From contig OX597833.1 of NCBI GenBank assembly GCA_951406725.2, positions 46,004,001-46,068,000 on the forward strand: 64,000 nucleotides of DNA, in the 5' to 3' direction. Origin of the DNA: Octopus vulgaris (lineage: Eukaryota). The first letter of the stretch is position 1, and each line of letters opens with the position of its first letter. The translations under genes and the position numbers were made by a program. The notes below the pieces were generated by a model. It made no database searches. It was not told the DNA's origin and saw only the letters and a list, made by a program, of their open reading frames with translations. Shown piece after piece: positions 13,053 to 26,099 of this stretch.

Positions 13053-13619
13053 GAATGTGTACCTTAGTCATTTAAGCTTTATATTTGGTGAGAACATTTA
13101 TGGGAGTGCGACTTAACTAGTATTCCCACCGAAAGAGTTTCTGAGTTGACAAATATGACAACAACTGAATTGAATGGCTTTTATAGAAATGCTGAAAAAC
13201 TACATTTCAAACGTCTGATCAGATCAGAAATGAATTAAAATTTGAAATGGCTTCGTTTTTATGCATTTGTGTATGATCTTGTTATTGTTGCTCTGTCATC
13301 GTTACTACTACTACTACCACCACCACCACCACCTAGTTGTTACTACTACTACTCCTTTCATTTCATTTTCCCATGGACTTGCGAAGTTAAAAGAGCGAAG
13401 CCATATTGTGCAATGATAGGCTATTGTTGTTGTTCTTGTTGTTATGAATTATTTTATGGGATAATCAAAGTCTGCTCCAATTAGAGAAATCTTATTTTAC
13501 ATGTGAGTTTCCAATCAAATGTTATGTAGTTGACTCGCCCACAAGTTTTCAGTCAGACATGGTTTCACTTTTAAGGCAGCTTGTCATTCTGCTATGTTGT
13601 TTGTACTTTATTCTATAAA

Positions 13620-13782
13620 CTGGCTGTCTTTACATTCTGAGTTCAAATTCCGCCGAGGTCGACTTTGCCTTTGATCCTTTCGGGGTCGATAAATTAAGTA
13701 CGAGTCGTGTACTGGGATCGATCTAATCGACTGGGCCCCTCCCTAAAAACTTCTGGCCTTGTGCCTAGAGTAGAACGGATTC
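13620..13782 (+). mobile_element. SINE family B (core + short tail)
   Basis: CTGAGTTCAAATTCCGCCGAGGTCGAC...GGCCTTGTGCCTAGAGTAGAA. Confidence 0.8.
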
Positions 13783-13789
13783 TATAAAC

Positions 13790-13930
13790 AAGCTGTGTGG
13801 TAAGATGCTTGCCTTCCAATCACATGGTTCCAGGTTCAAGTGGCACCTTGGGCAAGTGTCTTCTAGTATAGCTTCAGGCCAACCAAAGCCTTATGAGTGG
13901 ATTTGATTAACAGAAACTGAAAGAAGCCCA

Positions 13931-13970
<40 letters not shown>

Positions 13971-14223
13971 GTAATAAAATAGGGTAATAATAAATTATTA
14001 TTACCAGTGGCCTAGCACAAAAAATGAATTAGTTATTAGACTATATATATTATTCATATAGAAATACATTAAGAGGCTTCCAAATAGGAAAGCGTTTTGC
14101 TAGAAAGAGCAGTAGAAATCTCAAGACCACAAAAAAGGGATAAAATAAAAGGATTCCTTTCATGAATTTATCCTTTTTTGTGGTCTTGAGATTTCTACTG
14201 CTCTTTCTAGCACAACGCTTTCC

Positions 14224-14254
<31 letters not shown>

Positions 14255-14475
14255 GTGTGTGTGTGTCTTTGTGTCTGTTTGTCCCCCACCATCACTTGAC
14301 AACTGGTATTGGTGTGCTTATGTCCCTGTAACTTAGTGGTTTGGCAGAAGAGACTGAGAGAACGAGTTCTGGACTTTAAAAAATAAGTCGTGGGGTCGAT
14401 ATGTTCGACTAATACCCTTCAAGGTGGTACCCTAGCATGGCCACAGTCTAATGATTGAAATAAGTAAAAGATAAA
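13790..14475 (+). mobile_element. SINE family A interrupted in its internal (TA)n by a hairpin element (13968-14226)
   Basis: 5' half at 13790-13935 and 3' half at 14250-14475, separated by a ~260 bp foreign insert. Confidence 0.8.
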
Positions 14476-14597
14476 ACACAAAATATGTCAGATCTCTGTC
14501 TAGACTTGTTTCTAATTGTAAAACTATTCCAAATATTTTATCTATTACAGAAGAGTAGATGGACCCATAATGCCTAGCTGCTGGCACCTTTTTATCT

Positions 14598-14990
14598 CAC
14601 TTTCAGTCATTAGACTGCGGTCATACTGGGGCACCACCTAGAATTTGTAGTTGAATGAATTGACCCCAGAACTTACTTTTATATATTTTCCTTTTTTTTT
14701 TTTTAAAGCTTGGTACTTATTCTATCAGTAACTTTTGCTGAATTTCTAAGTTACAAGGATGTAAACACACCAGCACCAGTTATCAAGCAGTGGTGAATAA
14801 CACACACACACACACACACACTCGCTCACTCACATACACACTCAACGGACTTCTTTCAATTTCCGTCTACCAAATCAACTCTCACAAAGCTTTGTTCGGC
14901 CCCGGGCCACAGTAAAAGGTACTTGCCCAAGTTGGCACATAATGGGACTGAACCCTGGACCATGTGGTTGGGAAGCAAACTTTTTACTGC
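14598..14990 (-). mobile_element. SINE family A, antisense
   Basis: Full-length reverse-complement match with an internal (CA)n. Confidence 0.8.
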
Positions 14991-15037
14991 AACTAAAAGC
15001 AAAATAATAAGAAAAAAAAGAAAAAAATATCTCTTGT

Positions 15038-15460
15038 TTAAACCTTTTGTATTCAGATTACTCTGTCCAATATAAAAAGCTTATTTATTCACATTGTTTT
15101 GAATTAGTCATGCGTTGTCTCATAGCTTCAAGAGGATGTGATTGCTTACTTTTAAAATTACATCATCGAGTAGGTGTGAGAAACCACCAGATCTGGCCAG
15201 TTTTGAACATAAAACAGCTGGATATGGCAGGTTTAACCCTTTAGTGTTTAAACCGGCCATATCCGGCCAAAATATTCTACCTATTTTATGTTCAAACTAG
15301 TCAGATATGGTCATTCATAGCTACCTTATTGTGTCATTTTAAAAATAAACAATCACATCATTGAAATCTCAAATCCATGAAATGATGCAAGATTAATTTT
15401 ACATGGTGTGAATACATAAGCTTTACATTCGACAGAATAATCTGAATGCTAAAGGGTTTA
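15038..15460. mobile_element. Two piggyBac-like MITE copies in inverted orientation
   Basis: TTAACCCTTTAG...CTAAAGGGTT termini; same family as 59355-59604; the left copy is the reverse complement of the right. Confidence 0.7.
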
Positions 15461-15646
15461 TTAATTATGCTGCCCCCATCCCCCCCCCCCGCAGAACAAC
15501 AATGTAACGTATAACTTTTAGTTTTTTTTCTTGTTTCCGTTAGTGCAGTGTGGCTATGTTGGGTCAACAGCTTGAAGGGTTAAGAGTTGAATGAAGGTTT
15601 AAGTTGACCCCATATTTATTTTTTAAAGTTTGGTTACTTATTCTAT

Positions 15647-15966
15647 AGGCAGATGGCTCAGTGGTTAGAGCGTCGATCTTACGATCGTGAGGTTGTGAGC
15701 TCGAATCCCGGACCGGGCTGTGTGTTGTGTTCTTGAGCAAGACACTTTATTTCATGTTGCTCCAGTTCATTCAGCTGTAGAAATGAGTTGCGATGTCACA
15801 AGTGCCAAGCTGTATTGGCCCTTGCCTTTCCTTTGGATAACACTGGTGGCGTGGAGAGGGGAGGCCGGTATGCATGGGCGATTGCTGGACTCGCCCGGAC
15901 TTGTGCCTGGGAGGGTAACTTTCTAGGTGCAATTCCATGGTTTGTGTCGTGACCGAAGGGGGTCTC
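15647..15966 (+). mobile_element. tRNA-headed SINE family D
   Basis: TGGCTCAGTGGTTAGAGCGTCG...GCTCGAATCCCGG; near-identical to 54276-54612. Confidence 0.85.
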
Positions 15967-16810
15967 AGAACTTATTCTATTGGTCTCATTTTGCTGAGCC
16001 ACTAAATAACCGGGAGGTAAACAGACCACTACTGGTTGTCAAGTGGTGAGTGAGATGGGACAAACACACAGTGTGTATGTGTGTGTGTATGCATATATAT
16101 AACTGGTTTCCACACAGTTTCCATTGGTTGTCCTGGGGCTATGGAACGAGACACTTATCCAAGGGGCCAAACAGTGTGACTGAACCTGAAACTGCGGTTG
16201 CAAAGGAAGCTTCTTAACCATGCAGCTATGCCTAAAATACAATTCCCCTTTCTTTTTCATGACTTAGTAGTCAGTATCAAGAAGGACATTTATTCATCAG
16301 TAAAAAAAAAAAACTATTGCACCAATAAAACCTTCAGCCAATCCCAACCCACTTAACTGGTCAATACAAACATAGTAACATGGATATATCAGTATTATAT
16401 ATATCAGTCAAGAGGCCTTCAGCCTATAGTTTGTTTGCTGTTTTAGTCAATATTTTTGTTATGCAGTCAAATAACATTAAATAATTTTCATATTACAATA
16501 GTAGATTGGCTGAATCATTACAATGTCAGACAAAATGCTTTGCAAAATTTTGTTCCAGTCCTTTATGTTCTGAGTTCAAATCTTGCCTCAGTGAGTTGAC
16601 TTCACCTTTTATCTTTCCAGTATTGGTAAAATAAAGTACGAGTCAAGTATTAATTGGCTGTTCATATCCACCTGTCTAAAAAAATTTTCTGTCCTTGTCT
16701 GTATGTTAGAAATTAATAAACAATTTTTATATTGATGCTTGGAATGGGGCAGTGAAAAGATTGAGAAAGGATTCAATCCAAAGATGCAATTTGGTGCCAC
16801 TAATCTAATA

Positions 16811-17163
16811 ATTACCTCTGCCTTATTAAAAGGCAGAGATATTGTTTGCAGTCGTTTGTTTGGCCGTGAACAAGATATCTCAGGAACCACTGGGTGAAAC
16901 TTTCAAGGATGTTTGGCTTAGTGACTAGCACTGATTAGATTTTGGGATTGATTCAGTACTGGACAAGGATTCTGGATGATTTTTCCGGTTTTTTTTTTTA
17001 CTTAATTTTTGAAAGCAGTTGGGTTCATTTTTAGTATTCTCATTTGTGAGAGCAGTCGAGTTTATTTCAGATATTCTCATTTTAAAAATCAACTCCGGCT
17101 AATCATTGAGAAGACATTAGTGTTGCCTTGATGGAGGTTTGCGCTTTCTGGGTGCTCTTGTTA
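16811..17163 (+). mobile_element. Helentron-associated non-autonomous element (HINE/DINE-1-like)
   Basis: 5' ATTACCTCTGCC hairpin/subterminal repeat, (GTTT)n, and a 3' GGAGGT subterminal repeat with short stem-loop ending CTTGTT; second copy at 44548-44917. Confidence 0.65.
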
Positions 17164-18887
17164 ACTCTTAATTTTAAGGTGTAAAATAATTAAATACTTT
17201 TTGATTAACAAAATCCTAAATACCTTTTTGCTTCTTCTGTAGAGAAAACCAAAGACATTTAATATTTTAACTATCATATAGGTTTTTTGGCACATCATCA
17301 TTGAAGAGATTCCATCTAATTATCTGAAAGAGCCATTCTTTGTAGTATAGTAGCTCTCAAGAGTAGAGGTTCTGGTGTAGTGGTGTTATAATTGCCCTCA
17401 ATGTTATTCCCCCTACCTTAGACTCACTAATGTAAGCTTTACCTGTACAGCTTGTCTGTCGTTGCTATCTCCAATAGTAAGAAACAGTGAGTTTTTCTGT
17501 TCTGATTCTTGAATCTCATTTTGTCTCTATTTTTTTACTTTTGGATCTGTGTGGAAACTTTTATTTTTCAAACTTTAAAATAGAATTAAACCAGAATAAA
17601 ATTTTTTCACAACCCCAAGATCATCTCCTGAATTTAGGGAACGTTAACCTTTCTTCTCGCATATACTCATAGGGTTGCAAACCACAATTGTAAAAATGGA
17701 TTTTCAGTTGCTTTCTCTTCAAAAACCATTGGGAAATTTGTGCATAGTTTACTTCCACATTAATCTTTGCTCCTTGTAACAGGTTACAGCAAGTTGTTTC
17801 ACTTATGTTATCTATTTACAGTGATATAGACAAAGCTATTTATTGAGTCTTAAGTATCATTACTATTCAGTACTCTGTTTATCAACAACAGTAGATTTAC
17901 CTTATTGCTTTTTTTTTTCCTTTTTGCATTGTCATGATGGTTACATCCCATTGCCAAAGATACAGTCACTCTTACATCCTCTTACATTACTACAATACTT
18001 ATTAGCATTACTAAATTGACGTCTAGCCATCTGAACTTCCTATGCATTCATCAGGCTTAAAAATAGATTCCCATCAAGTAAATCATAATAGATTTCTATC
18101 ATTGATGTTCTTTTGTTTTTTTCCCCCTCTAACTAAACAATGCAGCATTAAATATAGTTGCTAGAGTCTAACTTAAACAAAAAGAATCAATATCACTTGC
18201 AAAATATATATATATATACACATATATAGTCCAGCAGTTATTTTAACATTAGAAGAAACTATGGAAAAAAAAGCGAATACAACAAAAAGCTGACCACTCT
18301 ACCAATCAAGTCACGTGAATATCACGTTTTTTTTTTTTGTCTGTGTGGGGAGAGGTCCAGTAATGTTAAAAAGCAGCCAACGAAATCACGTGGAAAACAA
18401 TGTATGTGAATTTGAAACCTTGAAAAGGAAGCTTCCAAACTAATGCCAGCTAGTTTGGTAAATAGGATATGAAAAGGCTGAGAAATGCCATTATGCAATG
18501 GAATGACTATTTCCTGGTTCCCTTTTGATATGTTTTATCCATTGTTTGTGAAAACGATAGAACCCCTGCCACCTAATGTATGCCAGTCTGATAAATGGGA
18601 TGTGAAAGGGCTTAAAACACAATAACAAAGAAATATTTATTCCTTGGTGCAGCTTTGAATTGTATTTCCTGCTACAGCCACACAGACATACACATGATCA
18701 ACAAATCCTGAAAGAGTCAGTCAGGTGACCGACTTCCTCTTTTCTGCACATTGAAAGCATTGAAGGAATGTTCACATTGAGTTCTTTATCACAGCTAGAG
18801 GCTTTCTAATATTTAATTTCAGTATTTCTGATCCATACTGTATTGTGCATCGTGTGTGTGTGTGTGAGAGATTTTTTGTAGCTATAT

Positions 18888-19110
18888 GTTTCTTTACTAC
18901 CCACAAGGGGCTAAACATAGAGGGGACAAACAAGAACAGACAAACGGATTAAGTCGATTACATCGACCCCCAGTGTGTAACTGGTACTTAATTTATCGAC
19001 CCTGAAAGGATGAAAGGCAAAGTAGACCTCAGCGGAATTTGAACTCACAACCTAACGGCAGTCGAAATACCGCTAAGCATTTCGCCTGGCGTGCTAACGA
19101 TTCTGCCAGG
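18888..19110 (-). mobile_element. SINE family B, antisense
   Basis: Reverse complement of 900-1132. Confidence 0.85.
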
Positions 19111-19982
19111 ACATCTGTGTGAACTCCTTGCTCATTGAACTAAATGGAAATATCTGCTGTAGATTTGAACTCTAAAATATACAGTTCTGGTTAGGTAATA
19201 TCGCCAACCATTTCTACTGTGTGGCTTTATACTCTTGAAACTGCAAGAATTTGGGATAGACAACCAAGTGTGGGTTGAATGAGGTTGGTACCACTTCTAA
19301 ATTGCTACAAGTTAGAATTCGATGGGGATACAGAAATAGCAAGGAAGGAAGTTGAGCTGTGTGTGGTAAGCAGCAGGCATTTATTAGTGAAAAAAAACAG
19401 GATTGGTTTAAAGTGTGTCATACGAGCAGAGCAAGAGAGAGAGAGAGAAAGATGTCATAGACAGATGCATATACGCAACATGAATGAATAGATGAATGTA
19501 GTATACTGTACTGATGTCATCATCTGTAGTCATAATTGTCATCATCATCTCACTTCCCCCTTTTGATATTCCTAGAATTGTCATCCTCAAAGAGCTGTCA
19601 ATCCGATCAAGCCTTATTGACCAAACTACATAGCAATCTATAAAGTTTGTTTAATGTTAAACATTTTTATTTTTTTGTTTTTGTTTTTATGAATTGACTA
19701 TTTTTCTATTTTGCTATATATATTTTTTAATCATTATCTTTCAAAGTATAGCATCTTGTATATTTTGTTTCCCTCTTCCCATTATTATTATTAAGGCGGC
19801 AAGCTGGTAGAATCATTAGAAGTATCAGTGAAACACTGGGGGTCGATAATATCAACTAGTCCCCTTTCCCTAAATTTCAGGCCTTGTGCCTTTAGTAGAA
19901 AGGATTATTATTATTATTATTGGCGGTGCCCCAGCATGGCCACAGCTCAAGAGCTGAAACTGGAAAACATAAACATAAACAA

Positions 19983-20051
<69 letters not shown>

Positions 20052-20275
20052 GTTGTTGTTGTTGTTGTCCTGTTCTGATCTTTAGGAAATGCTGTCTCCT
20101 ATCAAAACTATATTTGTATTTTGAATGGGATTTTTTTTCTTTTGCTTCTATTTTTAATTTTTTTTATAAGCTTTGCTGTTTCAGTGTATAAAGTGAATCA
20201 AGGATGGGTGTTTGTACAATGAATTTTCACAGTCTTTGTAACCTTAAACACAATATTTATACACCCAGAATCCAC

Positions 20276-20306
<31 letters not shown>

Positions 20307-20435
20307 AGACTCATAAACACGTGCTTGTTAGCAACATATTGATATTCATGTTGTTTTGAAGTTTGTTGATTTCCTATAGTGACATAAACAAGAAGACTTC
20401 TAAAACCTTTCCTGCCCATAATTTTATTATACTTT

Positions 20436-20845
20436 GGTGCAGGAGTGGCTGTGTGGTAAGAAGTTTGCTTACCAACCACATAGTTCCGGGTTCAGTGTCC
20501 CACTGTGTTGCACCTTCAGCAAGTGTCTTCTAATACAGCTTCGGGCTGGCCAAAACCTTGTGAGTGGATTTGGTAGACGGAAACTGAAAGAAGCTCATTA
20601 TATATATATATGTATATGTATGTGTATATATATATGTGTGTGTGTGTATGTCTGTGTTTGCCCCCACCCCCATGGCTTGACAACTGATGTAGGTGTGTTT
20701 ACATCCCCGTAACTTAGTGGTTCAGCAAAAGAAACCAAAGAATAAATACTAGGCTTACAAAGAATAAGTCCTGGGGTCAATTTGTTTGACTAAAGGTGGT
20801 ACTCCAGCATGGCCACTGTCAAATGACTGAGACAATTAAAAGAAT
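20436..20845 (+). mobile_element. SINE family A, full length
   Basis: GGTGCAGGAGTGGCTGTGTGGTAAG head, internal microsatellite and 3' tail. Confidence 0.88.
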
Positions 20846-21039
20846 ACCATAACTATGAACCTCATAATCTTAATACTACAACCAAAACACTTATGATTGT
20901 AAATAGCACCACAGATTTCTCAGATTGAGTGACCCTTTTCTAGTCTTTCACTAGTTTCAGATATAAACCATAATTATGCTCTAGGGCACCTCTTTCAACG
21001 AGATAGCTAATATGTTTAACACCCCAGCATATTAATTTT

Positions 21040-21263
21040 AATATTTTATTGGTGTCTTTTGCCGAACTGCTAAGTTACGGGTATGTAAACACAAGTCAAG
21101 CGATAGTGTGGAGACAAACACAGACACACACATACACACACATACATACATATAAATATATCGTCTATCTGGATGTTTTGTTGTCCCTTTTTGTATCACC
21201 TAGTTTTCCGGATGTTTTGCGTTCTTGTCCCATTTTGTATTTATATAATATGTAAATATATAC

Positions 21264-21298
<35 letters not shown>

Positions 21299-21468
21299 AA
21301 TATACGACAGGCTTCTTTCAGTTTCTGTCTACCAAATCCACTCGCAAGGCTTTGGTCGGCCTGAGGCAATAGTAGAAGATACCTACCTAAGGTGCCACGC
21401 AGTGGGACTGAACCCGGAACCATGTGGCTGGGAAGCAAGCTCCTTACCACACAGCCACTCCTACGCCT
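21040..21468 (-). mobile_element. SINE family A, antisense, with ~90 bp insert in its microsatellite
   Basis: Reverse-complement match; insert 21160-21250 carries an internal GGATGTTTTG...TTGTCCC...TTTTGTAT duplication. Confidence 0.82.
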
Positions 21469-21873
21469 ATATATATATATATATATATATATTTCTCGTG
21501 GGAATGTATATCTGTTGCATACACTTACTCTAAGCATATACATCGCTAGCATTCTTCATTTGATATACAGTGATAATAACGTACATCTATGTCATATATC
21601 TAGTGAGGCATGTACATGCACATGTTATGACTAGTGATGGTATGTATTATCTATGAAATCAGGTAACATTTTGAGTGGATGAGCGGATATCCTTTGTATA
21701 CATTTAATAAGATCATAACCATCTGTCATTTACATGGTCTGTTGTCATTGTCATATGACTGTCATGTCACCAATCAGGGTGTGTTCACCTATTATTTCTA
21801 TCTGCAAATGGTGTGAATAATTATGAATATATATTTTGTTGTGGGCACATTTTTCGAAAGATCTAATCTATAT

Positions 21874-21924
<51 letters not shown>

Positions 21925-23431
21925 ACTCACTCTTTCTCTCTCTCTCTCTATTTCTCTCTCTGTCTCTCTCTATTTCTCTCTCTCTCCTGCTCCATAGTGG
22001 TGTTTTCCAAATTTCCAACAACTGCACGTCCACTCTTGTCCATCACTCGCTACATTCTCCTCTACCCCTGCTCTCCTTTGCACCCCACTCCATTCCACTG
22101 TCGGTGTCCTCTTCTTGTGTTCACCTTCTTGTATCTTGAAGGTATGCTCTGATACTCTGTCATCACCATCATAGCCTCCCACATACCTACCCTTATGTCA
22201 GCTATTCCCACCTGCCTACCTACCCATATGTGATGTGGATTATCTATATATCTCCTCTATGGTAAGACACCTACGCTTATCCCTCTACCATACTTTTGCC
22301 TCTCAACATTAAGCCACTGCCCCCTCTCTCAAATACACCCTCACCCAGTCAAGAAAGACCTCAGTGCTAGTGTTGTGAGTGGTGGTGGTGGTGGTGGGAG
22401 CATCAGTGTACTTTGTTAGTGGTTGGGCGTTGGGAAGGGCATCCAAACATTGGAGCTCAACAGAGTTCTGCAAGCGCACCGGATCCTGTCAAACCATCCA
22501 GTCCATGCCAGTGTGGATGAGATAGTCTGGTAATTATTCTATCAGTCTCTTTTTTTGCCAGACAGCTAAGCTATGAGGATGTAAATAAACCAACACCGGT
22601 TGCCAAGCAGTTGGGTAGTAAAGATGAGGGCAGATGACACATACAGAAACACACACACACATACATACATACATACATACATACATACATACATACATAC
22701 ATACATACATACAGGCACGATATGGAATTCCACATAATTTCTGTCTTCCAAATTCACTCACAGGGCATTGGCTGGCCCAAAGTGCTGGGCAATGAGACTG
22801 AACCTGAAATCATGTCATTGCAAAGTGCGTTTCTTAAGCGCACAGCTATGTCTAGACTTCTTATAATGTGTGTACGAAGTTATTACTTAATACATACATA
22901 TAGTACCTTATATAACTATATAGACAACTATGCAGTCAGTTGGTTTGCTATACCTATTTGCAAGCATACAAACAAATACACACATACTTGCCAACATGTG
23001 TTACTGCATTTGCCTGGGGGCGGGGTTGGATAATGTATATGGGTGTGGGTGGGAGAGTCATAAGCCAAGTTATTTTTGTTAACCATCACCACCACCACTG
23101 CCTCCTCCGCCATCATCACCACCACCATCAACATCACCACCACCATCAACATCACCCATACTACTGTTATGTGATATCCAGCCAAGTGTTAAGGTTTATG
23201 ATCCCAGAACAATGAGAAACAGCCGCCAGTCCATTAATTAAAATGTGGTGATAGTGAGGTAGGAGGAAGAGAGAGAGAGAGAGAGAGAGGTGGTGGTGGT
23301 GGTGAGAGAGAAGTTATTCTAAAAATTATCATGAATTGAAACAGAAATAACTGAAACAACATACTTACTAACTTCCACAAAGCATTCATTAAAATGAAGC
23401 GGAACACTCTAAAATAGAGGTGAATGAAAAT

Positions 23432-23471
<40 letters not shown>

Positions 23472-23967
23472 ATGAGTGAGTTTATATTTCCCTTGTCTTC
23501 ATGTGTTTTGCACTTGCCGGTTGTAAATGGTATCATTAGCAAAAAAGCATGTCCAGATGTCTTGACATATCGTAACATATTACGAAATCTTTGTAAACAA
23601 AAGGCTTGTTGATACCGTGCTGTTTGTTTCCTGGTCTCCACTCAAAATGTGTCTAAACTATATGTTGTCCGCTAGTCAGTGAAATTATTTATTATCTTGC
23701 TTGGAAACAAAAGGGGAGTTGCCAACGAAGAGAGGCACTAGCCATAGAAAACCCTGGCCCAACATACTTTTATCTGACCTTGTGCAAGATATGGGAAAGT
23801 TAAGTGTTGAAGCAATACAGGCACTGTGATTTCAGGTTTAGCCTGTATTGTGGCAGGTTCAGGCAATAAACTATGATATAGAATTTTTAGGTGTTTATAC
23901 AGGAAAAAAAAACTTTTCTTAGATGCTGGGGTGGCAACAAGAATTTGGTTTAATAACTGAACATTTT

Positions 23968-24355
23968 TTTGTTTCTCTTTTACTTTAACTGTGACCATGC
24001 TGTGGTGCTGTTTGAAGGATTTTAGTCAAGCAGATCAAACCTAGAACTTATTATTTAAGCCCAGTACTTATTCTGTCGGGGTATTTTGCCAAACTGAATG
24101 TAAACACACCAACACCAGTTGTCAATTGGTGATAGGGGAACAAACACTGACACAAAGATATAGACATACGTACCTACATACATATATATATATACTTAAT
24201 GGGCTTTAAATTTCTGTCTACCAAACCCACCCACAAGTCTTTGGTCAGCCCGAGACTATAGTAGAAGATACTTGCCCAAGGTATCACACAGTGAGACTGA
24301 ACCCGAAACTATGTGGTTGGGAAGCAAGCTTCTTACCACACAGCAAGGCCTGCAC
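23968..24355 (-). mobile_element. SINE family A, antisense
   Basis: Reverse-complement match along its full length. Confidence 0.8.
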
Positions 24356-24537
24356 TTTTTGTCTTTTACAGAATTTTTTTATGTATTCATACGTACTGTT
24401 TGAACAAGCCTAGAAATCTGCAAAACTTGAATTCATAGATGAATGTTGACGACGACATCTGGCTGTACAAAATCTGCCTCGACAAATTCCAGCTGACCCA
24501 TGCAGTCATGGAAAAGAGGGCATTAAATGATGATAAT

Positions 24538-24937
24538 CTTTTCCACTCTAGGCATAAGGCCCAAAATTTTTGGGGAGGGGGGGCAGTTGATTCGATCAAC
24601 CCTATTGCACAACTGGTACTTAATTTATCGACCTCCAAAAGGATGGAAGGCAATGTCGACATCGGCAGAATCTGAACTCAGAACATAAAGACAGATGAAA
24701 TACCTATTTCTTTATTACCCACAAGGGGCTAAACACAGAGAGGACAAACAAGGACAGACAAACGGATTAAGTCGATTACATCGACTCCAGTTCATAACTG
24801 GTACTTAATTTATCGACCCTGAAAGGATAAAAGGCAAAGGCGACCTCGGCGGAATTTGAACTCGGAACGTAAAGACAGATGAAATACCACTAAGCATTTC
24901 GCCTGGCTTGCTAACGTTTCTGTCAGCTCACCGCCTT
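24538..24937 (-). mobile_element. Dimeric SINE family B with 16-bp TSD
   Basis: Head, core, long tail, second core, short tail; flanked by ATTAAATGATGATAAT at 24522-24537 and 24938-24953. Confidence 0.85.
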
Positions 24938-26099
24938 ATTAAATGATGATAATATAAGAGATAATAATAGGTACACATCTCCCTATAGCAAATACACACA
25001 CACACACTACCCGGCCTTCCCCTTTGCTCCTTATTACATCCCTCATTTAATGACATTAACCTCAGTAGCTAAAGGAGCTTGTGTGTCATTATAAAGAGGC
25101 AGGATTTGGGTTATTGATGTTGCTGACAATAGCATTGTTATCAGTTGAATCATTTTTGTCAGCTGTGATTGTTGCTGTTATTGTAACTCATTGTTATTCA
25201 GATTCTTATTTAATGGCGCTGCTACTGCTGCTTATCTCCCAGGTGTGCTCTAATCAAGTCAATCTATGATGGAAGGCATTCCAGAAATGACCGTCCAGCC
25301 TTTGAGACATAATATATCTGTGATGACTACATTGGCCAATATATGCCCTTACTTAAAACAGTAGTGTGCAATTTGAGGAAAACATGACTGCTGTTTCTAG
25401 TATGTCTTGTGAACCACATAAAAGGCATCTTTCTTTGGTTCTTTGCTGTTCTTGTTGATGTTGTTGTTGGTGTTGTAGTTATGTAGGACTGTTGGGATTT
25501 ACTTTACCTTACACCCCCTCGAAATGGTGTACATAGAATGAAGAGAGAGATACCAGACTAGTATGTGCTGGGGTGGGAAGGAAGGAAGGACGAAGGGAGG
25601 GAGGGATGGAAGAAGGGAGTTATACCTGTCCCCTTCAATTTATGTCTCTGTGTCAGTGTAAGAAACCATAACAATAGAGGCAAGTGGCTACCATCTGCTC
25701 CATTGTATAAAAAAGAACAACAAACACCACTAACTCATAAAGTAAATACACTCGCAGGCACACTTACTTATATAGACATACATAAAAGTATATATTTGTA
25801 CATACATGCACACATAAATATATTCTCTAGTACATATATACAAATATGAAAGGATACAAACACACAAACACATGCATACACACATAATCTCAATTGATTT
25901 ACTTCATCCAGCTGCTTTCATCTCACCTCTTTTTTAGGTATTGCTTTTCAATCACCTTATGTTGGGTTTCCATTCTTACCTTCTACCCATTTATTTCTGC
26001 TTCTATAAACATTATTTAACCACCTGCTTGTGAGTGAATATATGCATGTATGCAAGCACACACACACATTATATATATATGTGTGTATATATATATATT

